In this document: positions 15,950 through 27,875 of the stretch, in pieces
Layout: each line of letters opens with the position of its first letter
Position numbering within the stretch: position 1 is the first letter of the stretch
DNA from: the human T2T-CHM13v2.0 reference genome, Homo sapiens
Reading direction: 5' to 3' (one strand)
Assembly: GCF_009914755.1 (NCBI RefSeq)
Contig: NC_060941.1
Length of the DNA stretch: 64,000 nucleotides
Notes under the pieces: model-generated
Database searches by the model: none
What the model was told of the DNA's origin: nothing
What the model saw: only the letters and a program-made list of their open reading frames with translations
Translations under genes and position numbers: made by a program

Positions 15950-16170
15950 CGGTCCTGCACTGAGCGACTCCTTGATCCTGGACCAGGTCTCCTCCCGCAG
16001 GCGCCTGGCCCCGCCCCTCCCCTCAGTCGCCGGGCCCCGCCCCTCCCCGCAGGCGCCTGGCCCTGCCCGGCCCGGTCCCGCCCACATCAGAAAGCTCAGA
16101 GCAGGCTGCGGGCAGTTCCCGGGTTAGTCAGCAGGGGGCGCGTGAGGCGGCCTGGCCTGGCGGCTCCAGC
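15950..16170. promoter_or_regulatory. Small CpG-rich element with GC boxes and duplicated CGCAGGCGCCTGGCCC (NRF1-like)
   Basis: Repeated CCCCGCCC; CCCGCAGGCGCCTGGCCC at ~15994 and ~16046. Confidence 0.55.
16111..16143 (+). promoter_or_regulatory. Strong extended CTCF motif (core plus upstream U-motif)
   Basis: GGCAGTTCCC-GGGT-TAGTCAGCAGGGGGCGCGT: core TCAGCAGGGGGCGC preceded by GCAGTTCC at roughly the spacing expected for ZF9-11. Confidence 0.7.
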
Positions 16171-16934
16171 TGAAATCAGCACAGCAGGAGGGAGGGTGAC
16201 AGTGCCCTCCTATGCAGGTCAAACTACTAACAAATGATGTGGCTGGAGAATACTTGACAGCACGATGACTAAACACGTCAGTATAAAATGAGATCATGAA
16301 GCATGCTGTGCCCAGCTCTGCGGTTAGTTCACAGTATTTTACAAAGCGTCGTTTCCAAACGCTCAGGAAACACCAGCTACCTATAATAACGCGTGACACG
16401 CACCTTCTTCAACACTCAGCACAGCTCTGCAATAATGGCCCAGCCTGATCTTCACGTTGGAGGTGAGGACACAGGCCCTGGAGGATTCAAGTGGCAAGGT
16501 CACAGAAGTGGTCACAGGGGACCACAGCCCCCCCTGCCTGGACTGCCCTAGGCTCTGGATCTGTAACCCCTGGCTTGCTCCCCATTCGCCTGCCTGACCA
16601 CAGCTCCGAGGCCTCTGAAAAGCCTGGCAAGGTGAGCGGAAGGTCCCTGTGGTGTCGCCCCCAGGGCAGGGATGGGCCATGGAGCTTAGTTGAGGGGGAG
16701 GAGCTGGTACCTGCTGGAGGAAGCGCAGCCCTGGAGAGGGTGCCTCTCTGCCCTCACCCCGGTGGTGTGGAGTTGGAGAGCCTTGACTGCGGGGGCTGGG
16801 GAAGGTGGGCAGGCCCAGGGCAGTGGGGGAGCCGCCTGCTCAGCAGGAGGGCCAGAGGGAGGAGTGAGCTGTGTGCAGGGATGGTGGGCAGCAGGCAGGG
16901 GCAGGCACAGGAAGTAGGGCGCTGAGCTGAGGTG

Positions 16935-17660
16935 GTCCAACTCAGGAGCTGGGGAGGAAGGGAGCATGGAGGGGAGATGGGGGAAACTGGGCAGGTGCAG
17001 AGAGGGAGGGCGGGGAACTGAGGAGAAGACAGAGCAGGGGAAGTGAGGGAAGGGGAAGAAAGCACAGGAGCAGAGGGAGACTGGAAAGGAAACCCGGATG
17101 GCTCTCAGGGCAGGGAAGAAGGAGGGGATGGGAGCTGAGGGACATGGAGCCAACTGAGATGACGTAGGGAGGGCGGGGATGGCTGGGAGGGATGGCCTTA
17201 GCAGGAGAGGGCAGGGGACTGCGGGAGGGTGGAGAGGTCAACAGAGGCTGAAGGAAAGGGGGAGGGGAGCATGTTGGAGGAGATGGAACTGGAGAGCGAA
17301 GAAGGGAAGGGCATGAATGAAGGGGAGGGAGGCGGGAGAGGTCAGGTGCATCCAAGGGAGGTGAGGAGAGGGGAAGGGAGGTAAACTGAGGCAGGGACAT
17401 GGACAGAGGGGATGGGAAGTGAGTTTATCAGGGGAGTCAGAGTGAGGAGAGGAAGGGAAGGACTGGAATGGAGGGTGAAGATGGAGTGTGAGTGGAGGTG
17501 AAGTGGGGAAGGGGGAACCAGTAGGGGCTTTGCATGGGAGGGGACATGAGTGAGGGAGAGGAGGGAGGTACAAAGAACTGGGGAAAGGGAGTAAGATAGA
17601 GGCCACAGGGGCTCAGGAGGAAGGGGAGGTCCCAGAATGGAGGGAAGAATCTTGGAAGAG
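16935..17660 (+). repeat. Purine (G/A)-rich low-complexity tract
   Basis: About 0.7 kb of GGA/GGG/GAG with few pyrimidines; the minus-strand Pro/Ser/Leu ORFs are a by-product. Confidence 0.9.
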
Positions 17661-19242
17661 CTGCAGTGGGTCTGTGTGTGTGTGTGGCGGGGAGCAGGAG
17701 GGAACATGTGCCTGAGACTGTGCTGCTTCTTGAAGAGGTGACAGAGACAACACCCTTAACAGAGCATTTTTCCTCCCCATCAGCCCGGTCACCTGGTCAC
17801 CCTATGACCCCACACCCTGCAGCTGCACTGAGCTTCACTGACCTTGGGTGGGGATGCCTCCTGAGGGCTCTTTCTGTTGTTCTCGCATCTCTCCAGCCAC
17901 ATATTAAAGTGACTCAGACCATTTTGACGACCCTCCATTCCATGTTGTAGGTGACACTGGTTATCCATGTCCAAATCTCTTCTTCCCCAGCCGTTTGGTG
18001 TTTGGTGGATTAGAACAGCCCATGTCTGAAACCCTAGTCAGGGAGTTCACTACTTTTGACATCACGAAGAAAAATGTTGCCAAAGACTGAAAAATAACCA
18101 TACCCTGTTGCTGGATCTCTCTTGCCTCATCCCTTTACCTAATAAGCAGGAGTTGGTTACATCCTTAGTTCATAACCAAAGACACTTAGAGAGAAACACC
18201 GACTGTATTTGCACAAACTTTGAGAATCGATCCATAGAAAAACGCAGAGATCAAGATTTCTAACTCGTAGGGAAAAAACTTCTGTTTTTCTAGCAATGAT
18301 AAGACATTTCAATTTTAAATTTTCTCCTGTGTACATATAATTAAAATTAATGTCATGTAGAAAGCACGCAGCACTGAATTTCTGGGACCGCTAAATCACA
18401 TTTGGTGCCACTTGCCTTATATTTTCATGACAACATACACAGACACCTCCATTATCTGTAAACCCAACCGTTCACACATCTGAACAGGGAAGAAGCCTCC
18501 TTTACTCTAAGAAGCTCACCCCTAGCTCTCCATGCCTGGATGGCAGATGCTCGTGGGGCTGTTGTGTTTGGCTTCGAGGTCCATGGACTCCAAGGATGTT
18601 ACAGATTTTTAGTCTCTGGTCTCCACTGTTGGTTATGCTATGAGATTTTACTATGGACCCAATGGACTGCTTCTCTAGGGGCACACTCCTCGGTGCTTTT
18701 GGAATCGCCCATGTCCCCAGAGAATCCATGTCTTGGGTATTTCCTATCCATGGTCCAGTCGTCCTGGAAGACTGCAGAGCCTCCTCACCATGGCCCCATG
18801 CGGGGATGCCAGGAGAGGGCACTTGCCTCCGTGCTCCAAATCCTGAAATCTACTTTTGCACTGATGCTTTTTCCCTTTCCAGCACTGTATCCCGTGTCTT
18901 TGACATCCCTATGGCAGCTGGGTGAGATGTGTCATCAGTCACAGGTGCACTGGGAATGATGCTGACTTGCCAGCTCTAGAGGGTCGTCAGAGGTGGATTC
19001 TGGGTCAACACCCTTTTCAGGTGGAAGGAATTGTTCTTCACTTTTCAAATCTTATTCAGGTATATCAGGATCTTTTTATTGTGAACTTTGACTTTTTCTT
19101 ATTTTGAGTGGCTTAAAATATTACTATTTTAAAGAAACTATGGATAATTTTCACTTTCTTGCCCAAGATAAAGATAATTCTATGAAGCAATGAAAGATCC
19201 AACAGTGTTAATAATAGATACCAATAACAGTTAAGATACTGT

Positions 19243-19638
19243 GCTGTTCACTAAAAAAGATGGGCATGGAGGTCAAAGGAAATAGCATTTGTCTGGGAAA
19301 CAAAGAATTGCAACTCAGGTACAGTGAGTCAGGGCAGCCCTGAAGAGTGTCCTGTAAGGCAAGCACAGGAAACATTTTTGAATCGAGGATTTCCACAAAA
19401 AGTTATTTTTAAAGGCAGTTGATTTGTTGGGCAGGAATCCTAAGTTGCAAACTCGTTCTGATTCGTCAGTTAACGAGGCTACTCCCAGCTGAAAGATGCT
19501 GAAGGCTGGTGGACACTGGCTTCAGTTGTTTATCCAAGTCTACTGGAACATTCTGTGGCTTGACCTTTAGCGGATGTGAGTGCCTCTCCTGCTTCCATTT
19601 TAGAAAGCCGGAGGCTTAGTTAATTCATTTTTTTCACA
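19243..19638 (-). mobile_element. Old ERV1 solo LTR (MER67-like)
   Basis: TG...CA-bounded segment of higher GC within an AT-rich block, ending TTAGTTAATTCATTTTTTTCACA; subfamily uncertain. Confidence 0.5.
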
Positions 19639-21316
19639 GTATAAATATGCAAAGTTTAAAGAGTTGATGGAGCCATATATGAAAGACATTTATTATTAAG
19701 CATGAAATTTATAATATTTTAATCATTAAATTGTATATGTTCACATAATCAGAAGTAAAATATCTAACGATTAAAATTCCCAACAGATTAAAAGTGCCCA
19801 ACAGATACCAGGATATCAGATAGCTCAGCCTTAATTTTCATCTGTATCTTCAGCTGTAACATAGATCAAAAGGGCTAAGAAATGAAAAAAGTTGGTGTCA
19901 TGTTTGCTCTCCTCCTGCTATGTCTTCTCATGCATGTTCTAAACAGTAAAAGCACTAGAATGTTTTAAAGAAGGGCAAAGATACAGAAAAAAATCAATAT
20001 CCTATAATAGGTAATGAGCACAGCATGTTTAACAGACAATTCTGTAACTTACATTAAACACATCAGCTAAGCAGTTACTATGAAATTCCAATACACGGAT
20101 AAAGAATATGAACAAGGAAAGGACTGGGTGACTTCCCAAACATCTCCAGTAAACACATAGGAGGAATCCAGAGACGCACTACATCCAATCCAGTCACTGT
20201 GCTAGGTGGCTACGTTCTATTTGGCACATGTTTATAAATGTGCTGTCTCAACATTATACTAAAATTATTTTAATTTGTAGAATGATGGGATATTTTTGAC
20301 ATCTTGCCTATGAACATTCAAGTATTGGTCCCACAAATATTTTTAGTACTCATCTTGCCATTATACACAATCGATGAGATCCATGCTTAGCCACACAGCA
20401 CGAATGGAGTAGTATGTACCTTCCCTAGCCTTGATTTCATTCTATGTATAAAAAAAGATGATTTATTACATGCCATGATGCTTCCCAATAATAGTAGTGA
20501 AAATTTATGAACAATTTACTCATTATCTTAACACTGCATGTGAGGTAATAAATGACCAGCTTCAATAGTTAAGTGGATGTAACATGTACAAAAATGAGTA
20601 TCTTATCACACTGAATATTTAGCTTAAAATTTAGAAAATAGTCATAAGTGACTATACTGTAGTTATCACTACAGAGAATCTAAACTCCTTTTGAGGTGTA
20701 ACATTTGTTTTCCTTTCATAATACTTCAAATCAATGAACCTAAAACATGTTACTATGCCTGGAGTTCCAGAACACTTCAGCTCCCAGTGATCGTCAATAG
20801 TATCTACACACTAAGCTCTTTAAAAACTGAGTTCCGACTCTATCACAAGAGGGGGTCTGCAGGCTCAGCCTGGGGAGAGTCTGTGAATGAAGGATGTTTT
20901 TGCTACACCCATAGCACATAGGAGCGCCTTCTAGGTGTTCAGGATTGTCCTAACAGTTGGAAACAGCGCCGTGTGGGGCTTGGAAACTATGAGCTGCGCC
21001 TCTGGGCCTGGGATCCTGACGTCTAAATGAAGTTGAACTGGAAGGCTGCTAGATCCTCTTCTAGCTATGCCTCCTTATGCAGCTGTTGTGAAAATGGGAT
21101 GGCTTCATGGGCGTAAAACACTTTGCACAGTAGTTAGTGCCCAACAGATATCAGGAGCCACTATTATCATTATTATCCCAAACCATCTTCAGCCACCCAG
21201 GGTGAGTGAAGGTTCACACCAGGGCTGTCCAGGAACGTGCAGGGTGGTCATTGGTTAGAGAATATCAGGAACTGGTTAGATCCAGGGCTGGGGTAAGAGA
21301 GGGAGGAACAGATGGC

Positions 21317-22066
21317 TGCATTTGTTTTCTGCTGCTATGTAACCAATTGCCACACAAGCAGCAGCTTCAGAAACCTTCCTGGAGGCCCTCCGCACAGCGG
21401 CACCGCGGCACAGCGGCACAGCACAGGAGGAGGCCTCTTCAGGGCCTGCAGGAGACTGTCTGCCTTGCATCACGCTGACCCCCTCTGCTTCTGACCTCCA
21501 GCCCACTTTTTTTTTCTTTTTTCTTTTCTTTTATTTTTTTTGAGACAGGGTCTTGCTCTGTTGCCCGGGCTGGAGTGCAGTGGTGCAATCACAGCTCACT
21601 GCAGCCTCAACCTCCCTGAGCTCAGGTGATTCTCCCACGTCAGCCTCCCATGTAGCTGGGACTATAGGCGTGCAACCACCACTCCCGTCTAATTTTTGTA
21701 TTTTTTGTAGAGATGGGGTCAAGTGATCCTGGGCACAAGTGAACCTCCTGCCTTGGCCTCTCAAAGTGCTAAGATTACAGGCGTGAGCCACCACACCCAG
21801 CCTCCAGCCCTTCTTTGAAAGGGCTCACCTGATTAGGCCAGGCCTCTCCAGGAAAATCTCCTTTTTGATGACCTTACAGTAGACTGATTAGGGGTTGTAA
21901 TTACATCTTCAAACCCCACTAACTGCAACGTAAAGTCATGTAACTTGGGGAGTGAGATCCCAAAGTATTCAGAGGTCCAGGCCACCCTGGCAAAGTGGAT
22001 TCTATATACAGGGCTGTTCCCCAGGGGGCAGAATCTTGAGGGCCAGTTTAAGATTCTCCCTCCCAC
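21317..22066 (-). mobile_element. Old MaLR LTR (MLT1K/J/L-like) interrupted by an Alu
   Basis: GGGCTCACCTGATTAGGCCAGG...GATTAGGGGTTGTAATTACATC...GGCCAGTTTAAGATTCTCCCTCCCAC. Confidence 0.6.
21507..21801 (-). mobile_element. AluJ-like
   Basis: Alu with T-tail; flanking CTCCAGCCC repeats. Confidence 0.9.
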
Positions 22067-22699
22067 TCAGCCTGAGGTGCTAAGGTGCAGGTAAGAACAG
22101 CTCAGCTGAGACAGAAAGCACAGGAGGGAAGAGACAAGATCCAGGCAGGCCCCGAGTTCAGGGCAGGGCTGGGCTGTGTGCCCACAGGGCCTGTGAGAAC
22201 CTCACAAGGAAGTGGGGCCACAGATGGGCACCCCAGCTCTTCACCCCACTTCCTCCCTGCGTTGGCCATGTGGCCATGGGATCCTCTAGACTATGAACCT
22301 CTTCTCTGAAAACATGACTAAGGTGCCACAAAATCAGGCTCCTAGAGGCGCCCGGCAGTGACTGATTTGCTGAGCTTCCCCTCCTCCCTTTTTCTCCCTC
22401 ATGCCTCCATGTCTTGCTTCCCCCGGCCCCCACTTCCCCCAGCTGTTTAGTTGATCTTTTCCTGGCCCGACCTCGACACCCCTTATCTCATGGCCCTGTC
22501 ACGCCCATGTCCCTTGTCACCTCACTTCCGTGCCTTATTTCCTCTGAACGGGGTTTGTCCCTTGAACGGTGGCCCATGGCCCCCACCCCCTCACTGTTTC
22601 CTTGTCCCTACCCCCCAAAACGTTGGACTCAGTTCTGGGGGGACTAGATCCCCTGCTCCTCACCCAGACTCACCAGGGCCCTTTGACCTCTCCACGTCT

Positions 22700-23330
22700 C
22701 TCTTCCCAGCCCCCTCTTTAGTCAAGGCCTACCCGAGACCTCTGGACGCGGCCCTGGCCCTGCGCTCAGCGTCTCCCAGGGTCCCTGCTCCCAAGTCCCC
22801 GCTCCCCCGCAGCCTGGACGCCTCCCCAGGCTCTGCCATCGCTCGGCGGCCTCGCTGCCCCAAGTCTTCGTGGCTCAGCACTCTCTGCACCCCGCAACCC
22901 CAGCCTTCCACCACTTCTCCGAGCGCGTACCCGCCTCCCCGCCTGCCAGACTGAGGAACGCCGAGCCTGCAGGTGGGAAACAGAACCGGATGCGCGCCTT
23001 AACAGTTGTCCGTTTAGCAGGAGGTTTTGAGCTCCCGCGAGCTTCTTCCTAAATTCCAGCCACGCGAAATTTCCTGCCGGGCGGCTTGTTCCCAGTTCCC
23101 GCTGCCCGGGCCCCTGCCTCCTCCCGCTCAGGGCTCCGCGTGGAGAGAGGGTCGTTCCGCACTCGCCCCAGGGGCCGGCGGGCGGCTGGGGATTCCAGCC
23201 GCTTCACCCCGCTCCAGGCAGCTAAAAGCCACTGTGGGGGGAGGTGGGGGATGAAACCTCCAGGAGCAGGAAGGAGCAGGAGGGGCCCACCCGGCTGCAC
23301 GGGGTAGAACCTGACACTCCGTACACCAGC
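22700..23330. promoter_or_regulatory. CpG island, promoter-like, with MYB, E2F and ETS motifs and a candidate minus-strand first exon
   Basis: High CpG density; TAACAGTTG at 23000-23008; CACGCGAAATTT (TTTCGCG on minus) ~23060; ACCGGATG ~22985; minus-strand donor CGG|GTAGGC at ~22732. Confidence 0.6.
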
Positions 23331-23884
23331 GAGTGGAAACACGACTTAGGAAACTGACAGACAACATTTTCAAGGTTGAAATAAGAGGAAAAATAGAGTA
23401 GATCTGGGATATCAGGGAGGAAAGCGGAGGGAAACGGTCCAAGGGCAAGGGTCAGGGCAGAGGCTGCAACGGGAAACTCTGACGCCCAGGAGGGCAGGAA
23501 CATATAGGAAGGGAGACTGATATGTGTGAGGAATATGACCTCGAAGGAACCGGTCACCAGCAGCCCCCATGCTACCTGAAAACACCATTCCTGGAACTCC
23601 GCACCGCGCTCACTAAGACCCTGCTCCCTCCATGGCAGGGTCCTCCCAGGAGCACACCGGTCTGCCGCTCACCTGGACTCAGGCCCCAGGGAGGACCTTC
23701 CCTGCCCTCCACAGCCCGGCCCTTGCTCCTGCTGGGAAATCATCTCTGACTGGCAGAGTTCCTGCTCTGCAGTGAAACTACAGGGATTTGAATCCTATGC
23801 TGAGAACCAAGCATAGGCCTCAGGTTCAGGGCAGGCTCCTGAGGAAGAATGAGGTGGGTCTCCAAGGGCTGCCGGGGTAGAGCA

Positions 23885-23974
23885 CCCTGACCCTGAGGAC
23901 GCCAGTGTCCCTCACAGGACAGGAGGGAGCCCTGACCCCAAGGACACCAGCGTCCCTCACAGGACAGAAGGGAG
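23885..23974 (+). repeat. Two-copy 45-bp tandem repeat
   Basis: CCCTGACCCTGAGGACGCCAGTGTCCCTCACAGGACAGGAGGGAG followed by a copy with about 5 substitutions. Confidence 0.9.
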
Positions 23975-24454
23975 TCCTGCTTCGGATCCCCAGGCAGTGG
24001 GAGCTCATGTTGCTGGTTTGCATGGCCAGGCTCAGAGCAGAGTGAAGGAAGATTCCACAGCTGGCTGACCTTTATTTTCATAATAATCCAATCAATGAAA
24101 GCTCTACCAGCACAATGTCAGTCTTGCATGGAAAAGGCAAGGGCCAGTTATTTTTCCTGCTATGCTCTCAAACGCTAGCTTCGTGCTCAGAACAGAGTTG
24201 TTGCTTGGTAAAAATTTAATCTAGTGATTTATTTTTTTAAGATAGCCACAGTGTTCTGGGTGTTGGAGATCTAGCAGCCAGAAAGGCAGGACATTGCAAT
24301 GGGAAGATGATGCTCTGGTCGGTGACAAGCCAGATGTAGAGACATTAACAAGCTTCCTTCAGGTAGTCCTTCGTGCTGTGAAAGAACCAGTGTGACTGAG
24401 GGCTGAGAGGAGGGGTGTGGCCAGGCTGTCCTGGACACATGTTCAAAAAATAAA

Positions 24455-24935
24455 TCATCGTTATTCACGATAACAAAGACAGGGAACCAACCTAGCTGCC
24501 CTTCAATGGTGAACTGGCTACGGAAAATGTGTACATATACACCATGGAATACCATACAGTCATAAAAAGAACGAGATCACGTGCTTTGCAGCAACATGGA
24601 TGCAGCTGCAGTCCATTATCCTAAGTGAATTAACGCAGGAACAGAAAACCAAATACCGCATGTTCTCACTTACAAGTGGGAGGTAAATGTTGAGTACACA
24701 TGGGCATAAAGATGGGAACAATAGACACTGGGGAATTCAAGAGGGGGAAGGAAGAGAAGAAGCGGGGAAGGGTTAAAAAACTAAACATTGGGTACCATGC
24801 ACACTCGTTACTTGAATGACTATATCAATCGTACCCCAAACCTCAGCATCACACGATATGCCCATGTAACAAACCTGCACATGGACCCCCTGAATCGAAA
24901 AGAAAAGTTGAAATTATTAAAGATAAATGAATAAA
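24455..24935 (+). mobile_element. L1 3' end (old L1PA/L1PB-like)
   Basis: ACAGAAAACCAAATACCGCATGTTCTCACTTACAAGTGGG...CCATGTAACAAACCTGCACATG with A-rich tail. Confidence 0.9.
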
Positions 24936-27362
24936 TCAATCAGTGCTGACAGACTCACCCACTAGGCCCAGGGGACCATTGTTCTCCAGGATGGCATCTC
25001 TGGGCTGGGCCTCACAGGGCCCACTGTTCCTGGGTGGCATCCACAGTAATGTCCTCAAAGGTTACTGATACCTAAAACATCTGAAACATTCTGGGCCAGC
25101 CAGGACCTTCCCTTCCAAGGGTCAGGGGAGGACAATTGACTTCCCAGCACCAAGGAAAGGTCTATGTGTAGAGGGGCTCAAACCATGCTGGGATTCCAGG
25201 TGGATGTCTCTGTGCCCATCTGGCATGTGCCTCACATCCACTCAGAGATATGTGCGCACGCTGAGCACACAACCACCTTATCATAAATGGATATCACATG
25301 AGCTCTGGTGTGAGGTCACCTGGACAGTTCCCAGTAAGATGGTAATTCAGACTACCAGATGGCGATGGTAAGTTTTGGGAATACATATCTAAACTCCCCT
25401 CCTTAACAATTTAAAGTCAATCTACACACTCATCCCAAGGCAAGCCATCTCCACAACCTGTGGCCTATCAGCTGTGACTCTGGGTGAACTATTCCCTCAT
25501 AAGAACCTCAGGTTCCTCCTCCGTGAAATGGTTCAACAACCTGTTGGGAGAGTTGAGAGATCCAATGGACTAATGCGTGAGGGGCCTGCTGGAGAGCGAA
25601 GCTGAACAAATCCATGTGAACAGTCCCTTATGGAGTGACACAGAGCGATGAAGCAACGCCCAGCGCTCCACAGGCCTGGGCTGGCAGGTGCAGCTTCCCT
25701 CATCCCACACAATCCTGTGTGTGCGGGGCTAAGGACAGAGTTCAGAGCAGAAGCCCAGGCTGCACTGCAGGGAGGCTCATGCAGACCCCTCCTGCAATGG
25801 GGCCTCCGTTCTCAGTGTCCTGTGGGACCTCGAAGCATCAGTCACCATTGCTGCTCTTGCGTCTTTGTCCTGTGTATCTGCTAATGGGTGAGATAGAAGC
25901 CTCACTACCAAATCTGGTCTCTCCAGTCCTTCAAAATTGCCACAGAACGCTACATTTTGCTCCATCTACTACACTCCTTCTCCTCTAGAAACGTCAAAAT
26001 TAAGGAAATAAAGCTCTCCATACATCATTTTCAGTTTTCAAATTTGATCAAAGGATAATTACCAAGAAAGAATTGAGTTTGAAGGGCAAGGATTGTAAGG
26101 AGAGTTTTATTTACCTTTTGAAATGATCAGACTGTTAGTTCTATCCTATCAACATTTTTGTAGGTTTAACACTGGGGAGCATACGTCAGTGATTCCTCCT
26201 AGCCCTCTCTCACCCAACCCGCTCTTCTGCTGTCCCTGAAGGCTGCCCTGCCCTCCTCCACGCATCTGGAGTGCAGGCTGACAGGACTCCCCTGAGGACA
26301 CACCTGCCGCCAACTGCAAGGTGAGCGTTTCACACAGCCCCAATTCCCGTGGTCACTTCATGCTCAGGCCCATGATAGCCACTGATATGGGCGATCCCTT
26401 GCTGGGGCTGTGGGCTAGATGAGAAAAAGAAACCTCTCCCATCTCTTCTGAGAAGACACAGGCTTCATGGAAGTTGGAACTCATAGAGGGAAAGGTTGGA
26501 AAGGAGATGATCTCCCAATCAGCCCCTGAGCTGCCACAGCCTCCCAGAGTCCTGGAGAAACAACTGGCACTAAGACTTCTTGGACACATTTAGAAGATCC
26601 AGGATGAGGAACAATGTGCCCATCTGCTGGCTAAAGAGGTACCATTCAGGAGAAGAGGCAGGTCCTTACTCACTGCAGGTGGGCTGTGGAGAACTCAACC
26701 ACCACCTGCGTTCATCCAGATTCTCCCCCTGGGATAGTCCATAATGATGCAGGCAAAGTGGAGCAGAGACAAAGAAGCCACAGGACAACAGTGCTTCTCT
26801 CTGCTCTGCTCCCAGGCTCACCTGCCATGAATCCTGCCCCTGCCCCCTCTTGTGGTCTCCCTGGTCAACCTGCATGCACTGCAGGGAGGTCCAAGCTCTT
26901 GCAAGTGGAAAGGCTTTGGCTATGGCTCCCATCAGGAAGACGTTTATGTCTCCATGTGATCGGCAGTAAAATGGAAATATAGGGTTTTATTATTAATTAG
27001 CCCTAGTGTTCAGGAGTGCCATTTAATTCCCCCCACCGAGGGCAATTCCCAGGAGAACCTGACTCATCTCGCATGAGGATTCTTGTCTCCCTATCAAAAG
27101 ACGCCATCTGAAATCCCCGATGTAGTTATTTTGGGTTAGCTGCACTAGTGTCGGTTCTCCAACATCCGCCCCAGCACTTTCCTGCCCCCGCCCTCTGCAT
27201 GCACCCACCTCAGTCATCTTGACCCCTCCACCTGAGGGATCAGGGAGCATCAGCTCTTCAGCTCCCCCTCTGTCCCCCATGCCCTTGGACGTGTGGCCGC
27301 GCTATGTTGGAATCTATTCAGTGGCAGGGGAGACAATTTAATGACTCACCCCACATTGGAGG

Positions 27363-27875
27363 TGTTGGGAGCAAGCCCTCCCAAAATCTGGCCATAAATT
27401 GGCCCCAAAACTGGCCATAAACAAAATCTCTGCAGCACTGTAACATGTTCATAATGGCCCTGATGCCCACACTGGAAGGTTGTGGGTTTACGGGAATGAG
27501 GGCAAGGAACACCTGGCCTGACCAGGGTGGGAAAACCGCTTAAAGGCATTCTTAAGCCACAAACAATAGCCTGAGCGATCTGTGCCTTAAGGACATGCTC
27601 CTGCTGCAGTTAACTAGCCCAATCTATTCCTTTAATTCGGCCCATCCCTTCATTTCTCATAAGGGATACTTTTAGTTAATTTAATGTCTATAGAGAATGC
27701 TAATGACTGGTTTGCTGTTAATAAATACATGGGTAAATCTCTGTTCAGGGCTCTCGGCTCTGAAGGCTGTGAGACCCCTGATTTCCCACTTCACACCTCT
27801 ATGTTTCTGTGTGTGTGTCTCTAATTCCTCTAGCGCCACTGGGTTAGGGTCTCCCCGACCGAGCTGGTCCCAGCA
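27363..27875 (+). mobile_element. MER9 (HERV-K HML-3) solo LTR
   Basis: TGTTGGGAGCAAGCCCTCCCAAAATCTGGCCATAAA...GGGTCTCCCCGACCGAGCTGGTCCCAGCA; AATAAA at ~27720; perfect TSD GGAGG at 27358-27362 and 27876-27880. Confidence 0.9.

Noticed and set aside
16686-17707. Several 100-155 aa Pro/Ser/Leu-rich ORFs
   Set aside because: Open only because the purine tract lacks stop codons on the C/T strand.
22729-22914. Similarity of 'EDLG' to CCDC144/ANKRD26-family first exons
   Set aside because: Four-residue match with no further alignment; cannot support a family call.
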